This document shows, piece by piece, positions 7,592-16,377 of a stretch of DNA of 64,000 nt. The stretch lies in the sequence record NC_031120.1; one strand, 5' to 3'. Position 1 is the first letter of the stretch, and every line of letters begins with the position of its first letter. A program made the position numbers and the translations under genes. The notes beneath the pieces were generated by a model, which made no database searches, was not told the origin of the DNA, and saw only the letters and a list, made by a program, of their open reading frames with translations.

Positions 7592-9892
7592 ATGAAAGAA
7601 ACTCGTATCTCCAATATGGAGAAGCTGATTGAGCAGGGTAACCAACTCGTTACCAATGCGTCAGTGCAGAACTCCACGAAAGAACTGTGGTCCACTATCG
7701 TTGCCGGTGAGTCAATCCGCGGTGGCAAAGTAAGCCATAGCTTTAGCCAGGTTGCCACTTCTGCTGACCAGGCGTTCGGTAACGTCTTTGCAGGCAAAAC
7801 CCTGTCTCACGCTGCCCGTACTGCATCTGCGATGATCCTGGCTGCTGCCGGTAACGAAGATGAGTTCATGTCCAAACCGGCGCGCGAGTCTTCTGACAAG
7901 CGTTATAACAGCTACATGGAAACCGCCATCCCTGGCCAGGCTTCCCTGAACGCTGACTACGGTAAAACTCCGCTGGTAGCGACTGAGTATTACACCAACA
8001 AAGACCTGGACAAAAACCTCGGTCTGACCTGGACCCTGAACGTTCGTGCGCTGGAAACTCAGTCCGCGTTCGCAGAGCGTCTGTTCCCGACCATCACTGT
8101 TGAAACCAACGATGTTGGTATCACCGTGCGTACCAAAATCACCACCGTTACTCGCGGCGTTCTGAACGCACTGCTGGCGAAAGATTCCGTCATCGACGAT
8201 CGTAAGCCGCTGCACAACGCGCTGACTGACCACACTGTACTGCAAGACGATGCTATCCGTATCGTGCCGTACGTGATGGAAACTGGTGAAAACGCCGAAT
8301 TCTTCGTTGATGACCTGATCATCGACAACGAAACCGTGCGTCTGGGCCGCGTTCCGGCGTACCCAACCAACTTCCTGGACATCAAGAAAGAGAAGGGCAA
8401 CCTGTTCCGTCTTTCTGCGCATCCGGGTATCGTGGCTGAAGGTTACGACGAAACTGACGAAATCGCACCGGGTGCTGCACTGGGTAGCATTCTGATTTCC
8501 GTCCGTAAACCGACCGACGACGTGAAAGATGGTTCTCTGATCAAGCTGAACACCCGCGACATGCAGTTCGCAAGCTTCCAGCGTCCTCCTGAAGGTGACG
8601 GCCGTGAGCTGGTTCTCCAGTTCCGTCGTACTCAGTTCGCGCTGAACGGCAAGTCTCTGGACTGGAAAGGCAATGACATCCCTGCCATCGCTGCTCTGGA
8701 ACAGAACAAATACACCCTGCGTTACGTCATCAACATCTCCATGAGCCTGTTCACTAACGGACCGCGCTCTGGCCAGTACGAAATCTCCGGCGCTCGCCTG
8801 GATATCGACGAACTGGTTGATGCTGCTGGCAACGAAGTGTCTATGGACACCGGTGTTGGTAAAACCATCCGTGACAACCTGAAAATCGAAATGCTGGGCT
8901 GGCGCTTCGATGGTACTCGTACCAACGAGAACCGTCGTACTCAGGGCCTGCTGCTCGACCCGGTTTGGGAACAAGAGAACTACAAGCTCCAGTACGGTTC
9001 TCCGATCATGACCAAAACTCCGGTTGGCGTGGAATACGACGACGCTGAGCGTCTGGATGACCTGGTTTCTGCGGTTAACATCCGTAACGAAATGCTGGCC
9101 ATCACTCAGACTCTGAGCTACACCGACGCGGTTAAGCAAGCGGTTGATACCCTGGTAACTCAGTGGGACAAATCTGCTATCCGTGGTCTGGGTCGTCACT
9201 GGGTGCGTCCATGGTTCGAAGAGACTAACTTCCAGGTCGATGAAATCGTCCAGTCTCTGGAAACCAAAGATGCGCTGATCAACGCCCGTCAGGCGCTGCT
9301 GCAACGTATTGCTGACCAGGTAACTCGTGCTATCCAGGATAGCCGTTACATGCCAGCTCTGCGTCTGCTGACTGCGAACCCGCAGGCTGTACCGAAAGTA
9401 ATCATCGCAACTGACGAACCTACTGCTGCAATGCTGTTGCTGCAACTGGGTGAAACTCGTCTGCTGGGCGACCGCTACGAATACGAAGTGGTTACCACCA
9501 ACGATGACCGCTGGCGTGTGAAGAACGAGGCCGATGGTTCCTGGACTCGTCGTCTGCAATGGGTACTGAAAGTTGAAGGCAGCGAAGAAGGCAGCTACTG
9601 CGTTCTGAACTGGGGTAACCACTTCTGGTCTCCGATCATGGTTACCAACATCAACATTCAGCGTAACGGTTCTACCTCTAAAGAGCTGGCAGTACAGCCG
9701 CGTAACGCGCACATCTGCCACTGCCCGATCACTGGTCTGATCTGGGTGAAAGGTATCACCGACCTGGTTGCCAACAAACTGGCGTACAACGTTACCACTA
9801 CCGCTAACGGTCAGACTGGCACCGAAGGTGGCAATGCTGGCGACGTAGCCGGTGGCGACGCTGGCACCGGTGGTGCAGGCGCAGGCGCTTAA
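7592..9892 (+). CDS. major capsid protein (phiKZ gp120-like)
   Basis: 766 aa, strongly biased highly-expressed codon usage, propeptide ending at ATE-132, strong downstream terminator, synteny. Confidence 0.9.
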   Translation: MKETRISNMEKLIEQGNQLVTNASVQNSTKELWSTIVAGESIRGGKVSHSFSQVATSADQAFGNVFAGKTLSHAARTASAMILAAAGNEDEFMSKPARESSDKRYNSYMETAIPGQASLNADYGKTPLVATEYYTNKDLDKNLGLTWTLNVRALETQSAFAERLFPTITVETNDVGITVRTKITTVTRGVLNALLAKDSVIDDRKPLHNALTDHTVLQDDAIRIVPYVMETGENAEFFVDDLIIDNETVRLGRVPAYPTNFLDIKKEKGNLFRLSAHPGIVAEGYDETDEIAPGAALGSILISVRKPTDDVKDGSLIKLNTRDMQFASFQRPPEGDGRELVLQFRRTQFALNGKSLDWKGNDIPAIAALEQNKYTLRYVINISMSLFTNGPRSGQYEISGARLDIDELVDAAGNEVSMDTGVGKTIRDNLKIEMLGWRFDGTRTNENRRTQGLLLDPVWEQENYKLQYGSPIMTKTPVGVEYDDAERLDDLVSAVNIRNEMLAITQTLSYTDAVKQAVDTLVTQWDKSAIRGLGRHWVRPWFEETNFQVDEIVQSLETKDALINARQALLQRIADQVTRAIQDSRYMPALRLLTANPQAVPKVIIATDEPTAAMLLLQLGETRLLGDRYEYEVVTTNDDRWRVKNEADGSWTRRLQWVLKVEGSEEGSYCVLNWGNHFWSPIMVTNINIQRNGSTSKELAVQPRNAHICHCPITGLIWVKGITDLVANKLAYNVTTTANGQTGTEGGNAGDVAGGDAGTGGAGAGA

Positions 9893-9928
9893 TCGCATCG
9901 CTTCAACTCTGAAGCATAGTGCGTGATG

Positions 9929-9970
9929 AATCCCCCGCTTCGGCGGGGGATTTCTCTTTTCTTTTTTTTG
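9929..9970 (+). terminator. intrinsic terminator
   Basis: AATCCCCCGC-TTCG-GCGGGGGATT plus long T run. Confidence 0.92.
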
Positions 9971-9988
9971 TCTACTCAAAAATTATTA

Positions 9989-10010
9989 AGATAGATATTA
10001 TCTAAGGGAC
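9989..10010 (+). promoter_or_regulatory. putative early promoter
   Basis: AGATAGATATTATC-TAA-GGGA. Confidence 0.65.
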
Positions 10011-10041
10011 TGACCGTATCTTTATCATTAAGGAGAATCTA

Positions 10042-10740
10042 ATGCAGTACATCTTAACGAAAGCAAAACTTACCGCCCCGATGTTTGACGGACGTGGTTA
10101 TCTGGTCGATATCAGAGATAATAAAGAACGTCGTGGGTTGATGGGTGTCTTGGGTAACGGCTGTGAGCTGTACATGAGCCGTGATGCGGTAGAAGTGGTA
10201 CGGCGCTGGATACGCATGTGGGAACTCCATTTGGATGGCGACGAAGACCATACGTTCATCCATCATGTTCTGCACCTCAGCGGCATTGAATTCGTGTTAT
10301 ACGACATTGCGGACTACGGCTGCATGGAGCTTAAAAATCTCCACCAGATGGAGCCAGAGAGGGTGTCTGAAATCTTTGCCGTGGCAAGAGCGAACTTCAC
10401 CACCGGTTTTGATGAAGCCACCTGGCACAAACAAAACGATCACTTCGCATCCCATGTGATGGAATCGTACAACGACCCTGGTCGAACGATACAGTTCAGT
10501 ATCGAGAAAGACTGGGCGATGTACACGCATCGCTTCGTTAATAAACCGGCACTGGTGCCGTACGTGTCGCGCAACCTTGAGATGATCCGTATCGCAGAAG
10601 CGTTACTCAGCGTGGCCAACACCAGAACTTACCCGTCCGCTGGATACAAGCTCGATTTGAAACTCGGTTTCGGTAACATGGAACTGGCCGATCTGACTCG
10701 TGAACAATTGCTAGAGATAGCGGAACGCCTGATACCGTGA
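10042..10740 (+). CDS. hypothetical protein
   Basis: 232 aa, AAGGAG RBS. Confidence 0.8.
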   Translation: MQYILTKAKLTAPMFDGRGYLVDIRDNKERRGLMGVLGNGCELYMSRDAVEVVRRWIRMWELHLDGDEDHTFIHHVLHLSGIEFVLYDIADYGCMELKNLHQMEPERVSEIFAVARANFTTGFDEATWHKQNDHFASHVMESYNDPGRTIQFSIEKDWAMYTHRFVNKPALVPYVSRNLEMIRIAEALLSVANTRTYPSAGYKLDLKLGFGNMELADLTREQLLEIAERLIP

Positions 10741-10744
10741 TGTT

Positions 10745-10769
10745 TTTTACGTGGGGGTTAAGTGATATG
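10745..10769 (+). promoter_or_regulatory. TAC-N15-TRTG motif
   Basis: TAC 10748, TATG 10766. Confidence 0.5.
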
Positions 10770-10791
10770 GGCATTCACTCCACGTAATTTG

Positions 10792-10813
10792 GGATAGATA
10801 TTATCTCTGTGAA
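10792..10813 (+). promoter_or_regulatory. putative early promoter
   Basis: GGATAGATATTATC-TCT-GTGAA. Confidence 0.65.
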
Positions 10814-10844
10814 CTGTTCGTTGGTTTTTAAACTGGGTACCTGA

Positions 10845-11942
10845 ATGAATTATCAAAAACTGGATGTCGAACCGGTAGTCGTGTCACGACCCTTAGAACA
10901 TGGTGTCATGACCAAGACCATCAGCTATTCGAATAACACCGGTATCCCTCTGTACGTTACTGAAAACCATGGTGGTAGTTTTATACTGGAACCCAAACGC
11001 AATCGTGTCATCAGTCCTAATGCGATTGAGATATTCGTAACGTATAAAGTCCCAGCTGGGGTAGCGAATCTGACAATGCTCGCAGAATCGTTCTCAGACG
11101 TTGTGTATCGCAATATGTGCAGCGAACTGAGGCAGTATGGCGAAACCACACTGATGTACGTGGTGGACGACCCTGTGCCTATTTTACGTGGAGAAGCAGT
11201 AGTATTGAGCGACCTGGGTTTGGCTTTTTCTAATCAACCGATTGGGATTAACCGCACTCCGATTGCGAAGACTCATGGCGACCGTACAACGCTCACCTTA
11301 GGGGTGATCATTGTCCAGCGTTATGATGACCCAAAATTCTATCAGTGGGTAAGGTATTACACCACGATGGTCAAAGCCGAAAGCGTCCGCTCGAAGTATT
11401 ACGAGCCGGGGGTGTATATGGTAATGATGTCCGGCGAAATCGCCGAGGGTGGTCGTCTGGTGCACTTTGGCTTCGATGACCCACTATCGCCGTTCCGTAT
11501 CTTCGAAACCGAAGAGCAGGCGAAAACCTTCCGATGGATGTCCGATGCTATTCCTGACTTGTCTGCGATGCGGCAACAATTGGCAGATAAGATTAAAGAG
11601 GTCGATCGTGACTTGGCGACGCAGAAAGCTCAGCTTGAGCAAGAGCACCGTCAACGCATGAACGACTTAGCCTTTAATAAGGAAGAGGTGTTGGCCGAGT
11701 TCCGCACAATGGAATTACGGCAAAAGCAACAGGCCGATGAGCGGAAAGACGTAATAGAAGAACGTTCGTTGGCACGTAAGGATACGTTCGATGAGCGCTC
11801 TACCGTCAGGAAGGATAAGTCAGAGGAACGGAAAGACACTTATGACCAGCGTTCCATGGTTAGAAAAGATGGGTCAGACTTTCTCAAGGCTATCCCCACG
11901 TATTTAGCAGCGGGTATGGCATTACTGGCGATTATGAAATAA
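10845..11942 (+). CDS. conserved hypothetical protein with C-terminal coiled coil, RKD repeats and hydrophobic tail
   Basis: 365 aa; precedes the RNAP subunit as in phiKZ-like genomes. Confidence 0.7.
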   Translation: MNYQKLDVEPVVVSRPLEHGVMTKTISYSNNTGIPLYVTENHGGSFILEPKRNRVISPNAIEIFVTYKVPAGVANLTMLAESFSDVVYRNMCSELRQYGETTLMYVVDDPVPILRGEAVVLSDLGLAFSNQPIGINRTPIAKTHGDRTTLTLGVIIVQRYDDPKFYQWVRYYTTMVKAESVRSKYYEPGVYMVMMSGEIAEGGRLVHFGFDDPLSPFRIFETEEQAKTFRWMSDAIPDLSAMRQQLADKIKEVDRDLATQKAQLEQEHRQRMNDLAFNKEEVLAEFRTMELRQKQQADERKDVIEERSLARKDTFDERSTVRKDKSEERKDTYDQRSMVRKDGSDFLKAIPTYLAAGMALLAIMK

Positions 11943-11953
11943 GGAGGGTCAGT

Positions 11954-13723
11954 GTGTTTGCAGATTCGATTAAGCGATTAAAACAGGAAGGCAAGATTGT
12001 TCCGTTTAACCGCGCCGTAGCAGAAGGAATCGGATACACACAAGCAAAAGACGGGATACACGAGCGGGTGTACAGTATTCTGCGACGTGAACTGACGTAC
12101 GATCCGGAAACCAATCCGCGCTTACCTATCGGGTTAGCGGTACAGCAGTTCCGTTTCATGCAGCCGTTTGAAACCTTTGTCTTTAAAGTAGCGAAGGCGG
12201 ATACTCGCCAGGCCCGAGGTCGTGCACCAATTTCGATTGCGCGTACCGACCAATACATGATCATGGCCAACTTCAAGATTCCAGGCGAAAACCGCCTGAC
12301 ACCAAGACCGATGTACTTACCGTTCATTCGTCGTGGTGGGTTGATGCACAGCTGGGGCACACTGTACCATGTGGCACCGGTTATCCACCAACCAGGGATC
12401 TGTCGTGAACACGGCGGCATCTTCATTAACTTCGACTTCACCCGTAAGGTGTCGCTCAAGTTCTGTAAGAATCCTGCCCGTATTCTGGTCAACGGAAAGA
12501 AAGAGGAGATTTACCTGCCGGGCACGAATAACCTGTACGTGCCTAAAACGACGCAGGGCAACGATTCAGATGAGAAGCCGTTACTGTATTGGCTGTTTGG
12601 TAAATACGGGTTTACGGAGGCTGTGAAGCGTTGTACGGGGGCTGATGTTCGTATCTGGCCTGCGTATAAGGTGAAAGAGCTGGATCTGGATAAAGAAGTG
12701 GTGATCTCCTCCGGCGAACCACAGCTGGCGAAGAACATCCAGTACGTGCTGGTGACCAGCCGTGAGAATCTGCCAAACACAGACAAATCACGTTGGGAAC
12801 AAAACGAGCACCTGTTACTGGTGGTGTGTGCAGCCTTCTTTAAAGCAGCGCACTATTACGCTGGCAAACAGTCGGCCCGTTCACCGCAGCGCACGACACT
12901 GACCCCACTCTTCACCCGCATCAACGAATTTGATGAAGCGGATGATCTGGCGAACCTGAACACCCCGGAAATCTGGAAAGAAATCCTGGGGCGTAGTATT
13001 CAGGGCACCAAGCCGGGCGATGTGGATCTGCTGCGTAGCATGAACAGCCACTTCCAGGAATGTGAGCGGTACGTGAACAATACGTTCCGTGCAGAACTGA
13101 TGGTGACCGATCCGGATATTGACCCGGACATCGATATGTTTGACTTCCTGTACTACACCACCAAACTGATGGTGCGTACACGCTTGACCAAGCAGGACGA
13201 TATTCCGTCTATGTACGGCAAGCGTTTAACCGTGGTCGACTATCTGTTGTTAGGCCAGACCGGCTTTACCAGCACCATTTCCTTTATCCGTTGGCGTTTA
13301 AGCCAGCTGGAGAACCGGAGTGCAGAAACCTGTCACGAAACCATCCGTGATGAACTGAACAAGAAGATTGTACCGAACCTGGTGTGCCGTGGTATTACCA
13401 GCAACGGAGCGATTAACTTCTTCAATGCCTCCACCGAATCGATGGTCCTGGCTGTGTCGACGCATGCCATCGGCCAAACCGAAACGGATAACAAACGCAG
13501 TAAGAAAGGCAAAACCGTTAACCTGAACGACCGTACCAAGCATGCCTCCGCATCGCACCTGGAACTCGGTAACGTGTACTACATTCCGAAGTCCGCGCCG
13601 TTCAAGTCAAACATCCTCAACCCGTACATGACGACTAACCGGAACCTCGTTATGTTGCGAAATCCAGCTCTCGATAAAATTATTCGCGAAGCTGAGGCTG
13701 ATATTGCGCAAATCGGCCGTTAA
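11954..13723 (+). CDS. non-virion RNA polymerase beta-like subunit (phiKZ gp123-like)
   Basis: 589 aa, GTG start with GGAGG RBS; MYLPF..RGG.M...G..Y...PVI segment and SHLELG near C-terminus; synteny after capsid gene. Confidence 0.75.
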   Translation: MFADSIKRLKQEGKIVPFNRAVAEGIGYTQAKDGIHERVYSILRRELTYDPETNPRLPIGLAVQQFRFMQPFETFVFKVAKADTRQARGRAPISIARTDQYMIMANFKIPGENRLTPRPMYLPFIRRGGLMHSWGTLYHVAPVIHQPGICREHGGIFINFDFTRKVSLKFCKNPARILVNGKKEEIYLPGTNNLYVPKTTQGNDSDEKPLLYWLFGKYGFTEAVKRCTGADVRIWPAYKVKELDLDKEVVISSGEPQLAKNIQYVLVTSRENLPNTDKSRWEQNEHLLLVVCAAFFKAAHYYAGKQSARSPQRTTLTPLFTRINEFDEADDLANLNTPEIWKEILGRSIQGTKPGDVDLLRSMNSHFQECERYVNNTFRAELMVTDPDIDPDIDMFDFLYYTTKLMVRTRLTKQDDIPSMYGKRLTVVDYLLLGQTGFTSTISFIRWRLSQLENRSAETCHETIRDELNKKIVPNLVCRGITSNGAINFFNASTESMVLAVSTHAIGQTETDNKRSKKGKTVNLNDRTKHASASHLELGNVYYIPKSAPFKSNILNPYMTTNRNLVMLRNPALDKIIREAEADIAQIGR

Positions 13724-13752
13724 GAATACCAATTAAAGGAGAATCAAAAGAC

Positions 13753-15357
13753 ATGTCTATTACCGCCGCTCAAGTAGCAAAAGTATGTGAATCCCGTCTG
13801 GGTGACGATCAGAACCTGGCAATGATTAACAAAGCCATTATCGACAACAACATCAATACTGCCGAAGCCCTTGAAGTCGCTGTACTGTTTGCGAATGCCG
13901 TGCGGACGCGCCCTGGCATTACCGAGCAGAAGCTGGCCGATGGAATTGTGGCTGCGTATAAAGCCGCTGCGTACAAGAAGTTGCAGCAGCATGGTATTGG
14001 GTTCAACAACGATCCACAGCTCCACACCAGCCTGAATAACCTGTTAGAAGAAGTGGTGCGCATGATTAAGTCTAGCCAGACTGAAACGCAAACTACTAGC
14101 CTGACCGGTGGCCTGCGTCTGGGTGGTCTGGGTGGTAACGGTATTAGCGGCGGCAGTTCGCTGGCCATCGATACCACGCCATCCCTGACGACATCTACCC
14201 CTGCGGGTCTGCCGGTAGAATCTGGCAATGGCCTGAGTCTCAGTGGGGGTGGTGCTTTACCAGGTAGTGAGGTAGTTGCCACGCAACCGGCAGTATCGCC
14301 ACTGGCTTCAATTCCGCATACCCCGTTGGTGCCGGAAGTGAACCAACCGATGGTCGGGTTACCCCAACCTAACGTCAATGTCAACAACCCTGTTATTAGC
14401 CCAATCGAGGAAGCCGCATTGGAAAGCTACGCAGAGCATGAGCTGGAAACACCCAAGCGTCGTGTTTCTATCAGCGCGAAAGAAGCCAACGATCGTGTCA
14501 CCGAGTACGCAGAAACCCGCGACTGGAAACAGCCGCTGGAAGATCTGGTGCTGGGTAGCGAACCGGCGGTGTATTACAGTGGTGCAGATATCGCCGTGCG
14601 TCTGCGTGAGTTGAAGCGTTCTTACCTGGTGGGTATTAATGATGAATCCAGCGAGCGTTTCAAAGCGTTCGTGATGAATCATGAAAGCCACATCGGTACG
14701 CTGCGCAGTCTGGCGAAAAGTGGCCAGGATGCGGATAAGGTCATGAAGCTGGTTTCCGAAACCGTGCGGGCGATGAAACTGAATGTGGTGCAGCTGTATA
14801 CCGCATCGGTCAACGAAGACGAAGAAGTGACCGAAACCATCGTGTCCGAAGCGGTGCGTTTTGTCAATGCGTATCTCGGCATGCTGTCCATGCTGGTACA
14901 CAATGGCCTGTCACTGGCCACCGATCGTTGTCAAGAACTGCCGAAGTACAAAGGCGTCGAGCTGGAACGCAATATGGATGACCTGGCGTTCTTTGAAGAG
15001 ACCCTGTATCCTGCGACGGTGGGTGACAACGGTTACACTACCGAACCGGATTTCTTCCGTGACCTGTTCCTGACTGTGGCCACCTCGGTCTCCACCTTCA
15101 CCGTGAAGATGGAAGGCAAAGCAACCGCCGTCATTATGCAGAAATCGGTGGATATCCTGATTCCAGGTAACTATCCAACGCTGGTACGTAATAGCATGAT
15201 CGGTAAGCACTCTCTGGGTGCGACCAATGAACCTATTACCGCCATCTACGAATACCTGCGTGAGAACCTGCCGGATACCAATGCGTATCTGGTGGCACCA
15301 CAAGGGCGTTACCTGCTGTTGTCTAACGGTGAGCCAACTGCGCCTATCCGTTACTAA
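13753..15357 (+). CDS. hypothetical protein with low-complexity G/S/T/P linker, possible processed head protein
   Basis: 534 aa; helical N-domain, linker ending at AALE-224, globular C-domain. Confidence 0.65.
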   Translation: MSITAAQVAKVCESRLGDDQNLAMINKAIIDNNINTAEALEVAVLFANAVRTRPGITEQKLADGIVAAYKAAAYKKLQQHGIGFNNDPQLHTSLNNLLEEVVRMIKSSQTETQTTSLTGGLRLGGLGGNGISGGSSLAIDTTPSLTTSTPAGLPVESGNGLSLSGGGALPGSEVVATQPAVSPLASIPHTPLVPEVNQPMVGLPQPNVNVNNPVISPIEEAALESYAEHELETPKRRVSISAKEANDRVTEYAETRDWKQPLEDLVLGSEPAVYYSGADIAVRLRELKRSYLVGINDESSERFKAFVMNHESHIGTLRSLAKSGQDADKVMKLVSETVRAMKLNVVQLYTASVNEDEEVTETIVSEAVRFVNAYLGMLSMLVHNGLSLATDRCQELPKYKGVELERNMDDLAFFEETLYPATVGDNGYTTEPDFFRDLFLTVATSVSTFTVKMEGKATAVIMQKSVDILIPGNYPTLVRNSMIGKHSLGATNEPITAIYEYLRENLPDTNAYLVAPQGRYLLLSNGEPTAPIRY

Positions 15358-15360
15358 GTG

Positions 15361-15390
15361 AAAAGGGAACCTTCGGGTTCCCTCTTTTAT
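15361..15390 (+). terminator. intrinsic terminator
   Basis: AGGGAACC-TTCG-GGTTCCCT plus T-rich tail. Confidence 0.88.
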
Positions 15391-15410
15391 ATTTTCAGTA
15401 AGGAGCATCT

Positions 15411-15677
15411 ATGTACGACGTAGTGATTCACGATAACCAGAATGAGCCTTGTGCTGGCTTTAGTTTAGCCGACACAGATGAAAGCCGTGCTTTGTACAGT
15501 AAAATAAAAGCGCTGCGTAAGAAGATGTCTGGAGCCTCACCTGGCGTCCGGGTTGATGATGTAAAAGAGAAGTTAGAAGAGGCGGTGAACTCCGATCGGC
15601 TGGTTCGCCAAATCTACAAAGAAATGATCCATTTGGAACGTTATCCGAATGCGACCATTACTGTCGAGAAAGCGTAA
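15411..15677 (+). CDS. hypothetical protein
   Basis: 88 aa, AAGGAG RBS. Confidence 0.75.
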   Translation: MYDVVIHDNQNEPCAGFSLADTDESRALYSKIKALRKKMSGASPGVRVDDVKEKLEEAVNSDRLVRQIYKEMIHLERYPNATITVEKA

Positions 15678-15683
15678 TGATAT

Positions 15684-15716
15684 AAGGGGAATATGCGTTC
15701 CCCTTCTCTTTTTTGT
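15684..15716 (+). terminator. intrinsic terminator
   Basis: AAGGGGAA/TTCCCCTT stem plus T run. Confidence 0.65.
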
Positions 15717-15732
15717 TTATAAGGAGTGGACA

Positions 15733-15969
15733 ATGGAACATGAAGCAGTAGTACAGTCAATCACCGTTGAACGTGACGAACTCGAAGCCAAACTGAATGC
15801 CCTGTTGGACTTCCGTAATACCGGCGAGTTTAATGACCTCCCGGAGAAGCAGCAGGCGTTATTGCTGATGCAGATCAATGCCCAATCGCTGTTGGTCGAT
15901 ATCCTCAATATGCGTCTCGATGAGCTGGAAGCGCCGGATGCCGCGCCAGCGAACTTTACTGAGGAGTGA
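15733..15969 (+). CDS. small helical protein, crAss001_48-like
   Basis: ERDEL..KL.AL..F.....F..L...QQ.LL..Q......IL..RL pattern; AAGGAG RBS. Confidence 0.6.
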   Translation: MEHEAVVQSITVERDELEAKLNALLDFRNTGEFNDLPEKQQALLLMQINAQSLLVDILNMRLDELEAPDAAPANFTEE

Positions 15970-16012
15970 TTATTATAGATAGCTACTGAATACTCCGTAA
16001 TGAGGTACGAGT

Positions 16013-16318
16013 ATGGTGAAACTGTTTGTAATAGAAATGAATCAGTGGCGAGATATCTTGCTGCGGTTCGAACTCCCGGACAACGACGCCACTAAAGCGT
16101 TCCTGGAGCGCTTTCAGCAAGTGAAGTCCTCGATGTACAGTGGTCGACGTTTCCACGTCTATTACAACGTACGCCGTACTCTGTTACCGGCTGTAGAAGC
16201 CGCCCAATTGCCCGAGGTTCTGGCGTTCCTCCAGAAGTACGAGGAAGATTCTCTGGCCATTGGCATCATGAAGGAAGAAAAGGAGCTGGTCGGCAAACTT
16301 GCGACGTCGAGCGATTAA
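16013..16318 (+). CDS. hypothetical protein
   Basis: 101 aa, GAGG RBS. Confidence 0.7.
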   Translation: MVKLFVIEMNQWRDILLRFELPDNDATKAFLERFQQVKSSMYSGRRFHVYYNVRRTLLPAVEAAQLPEVLAFLQKYEEDSLAIGIMKEEKELVGKLATSSD

Positions 16319-16372
16319 AAAAAGTAATACCTCTACCCAAACGGGTAGAGGTACACTTCACTTATTTTTTTT
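16317..16372. terminator. bidirectional terminator
   Basis: TACCTCTACCC-AAAC-GGGTAGAGGTA flanked by A run and T run between convergent genes. Confidence 0.85.
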
Positions 16373-16377
16373 GTTAC

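Noticed and set aside
7712-9979. 755-aa antisense ORF opposite the capsid gene
   Set aside because: Shadow of strong codon bias in the sense gene; no RBS, non-protein-like composition
15733-15969. Possible Acb2 anti-CBASS identity
   Set aside because: Lacks the Acb2 features I recall (GYR.L N-terminus, A.R.lA.P C-terminus); pattern fits crAss001_48-like better
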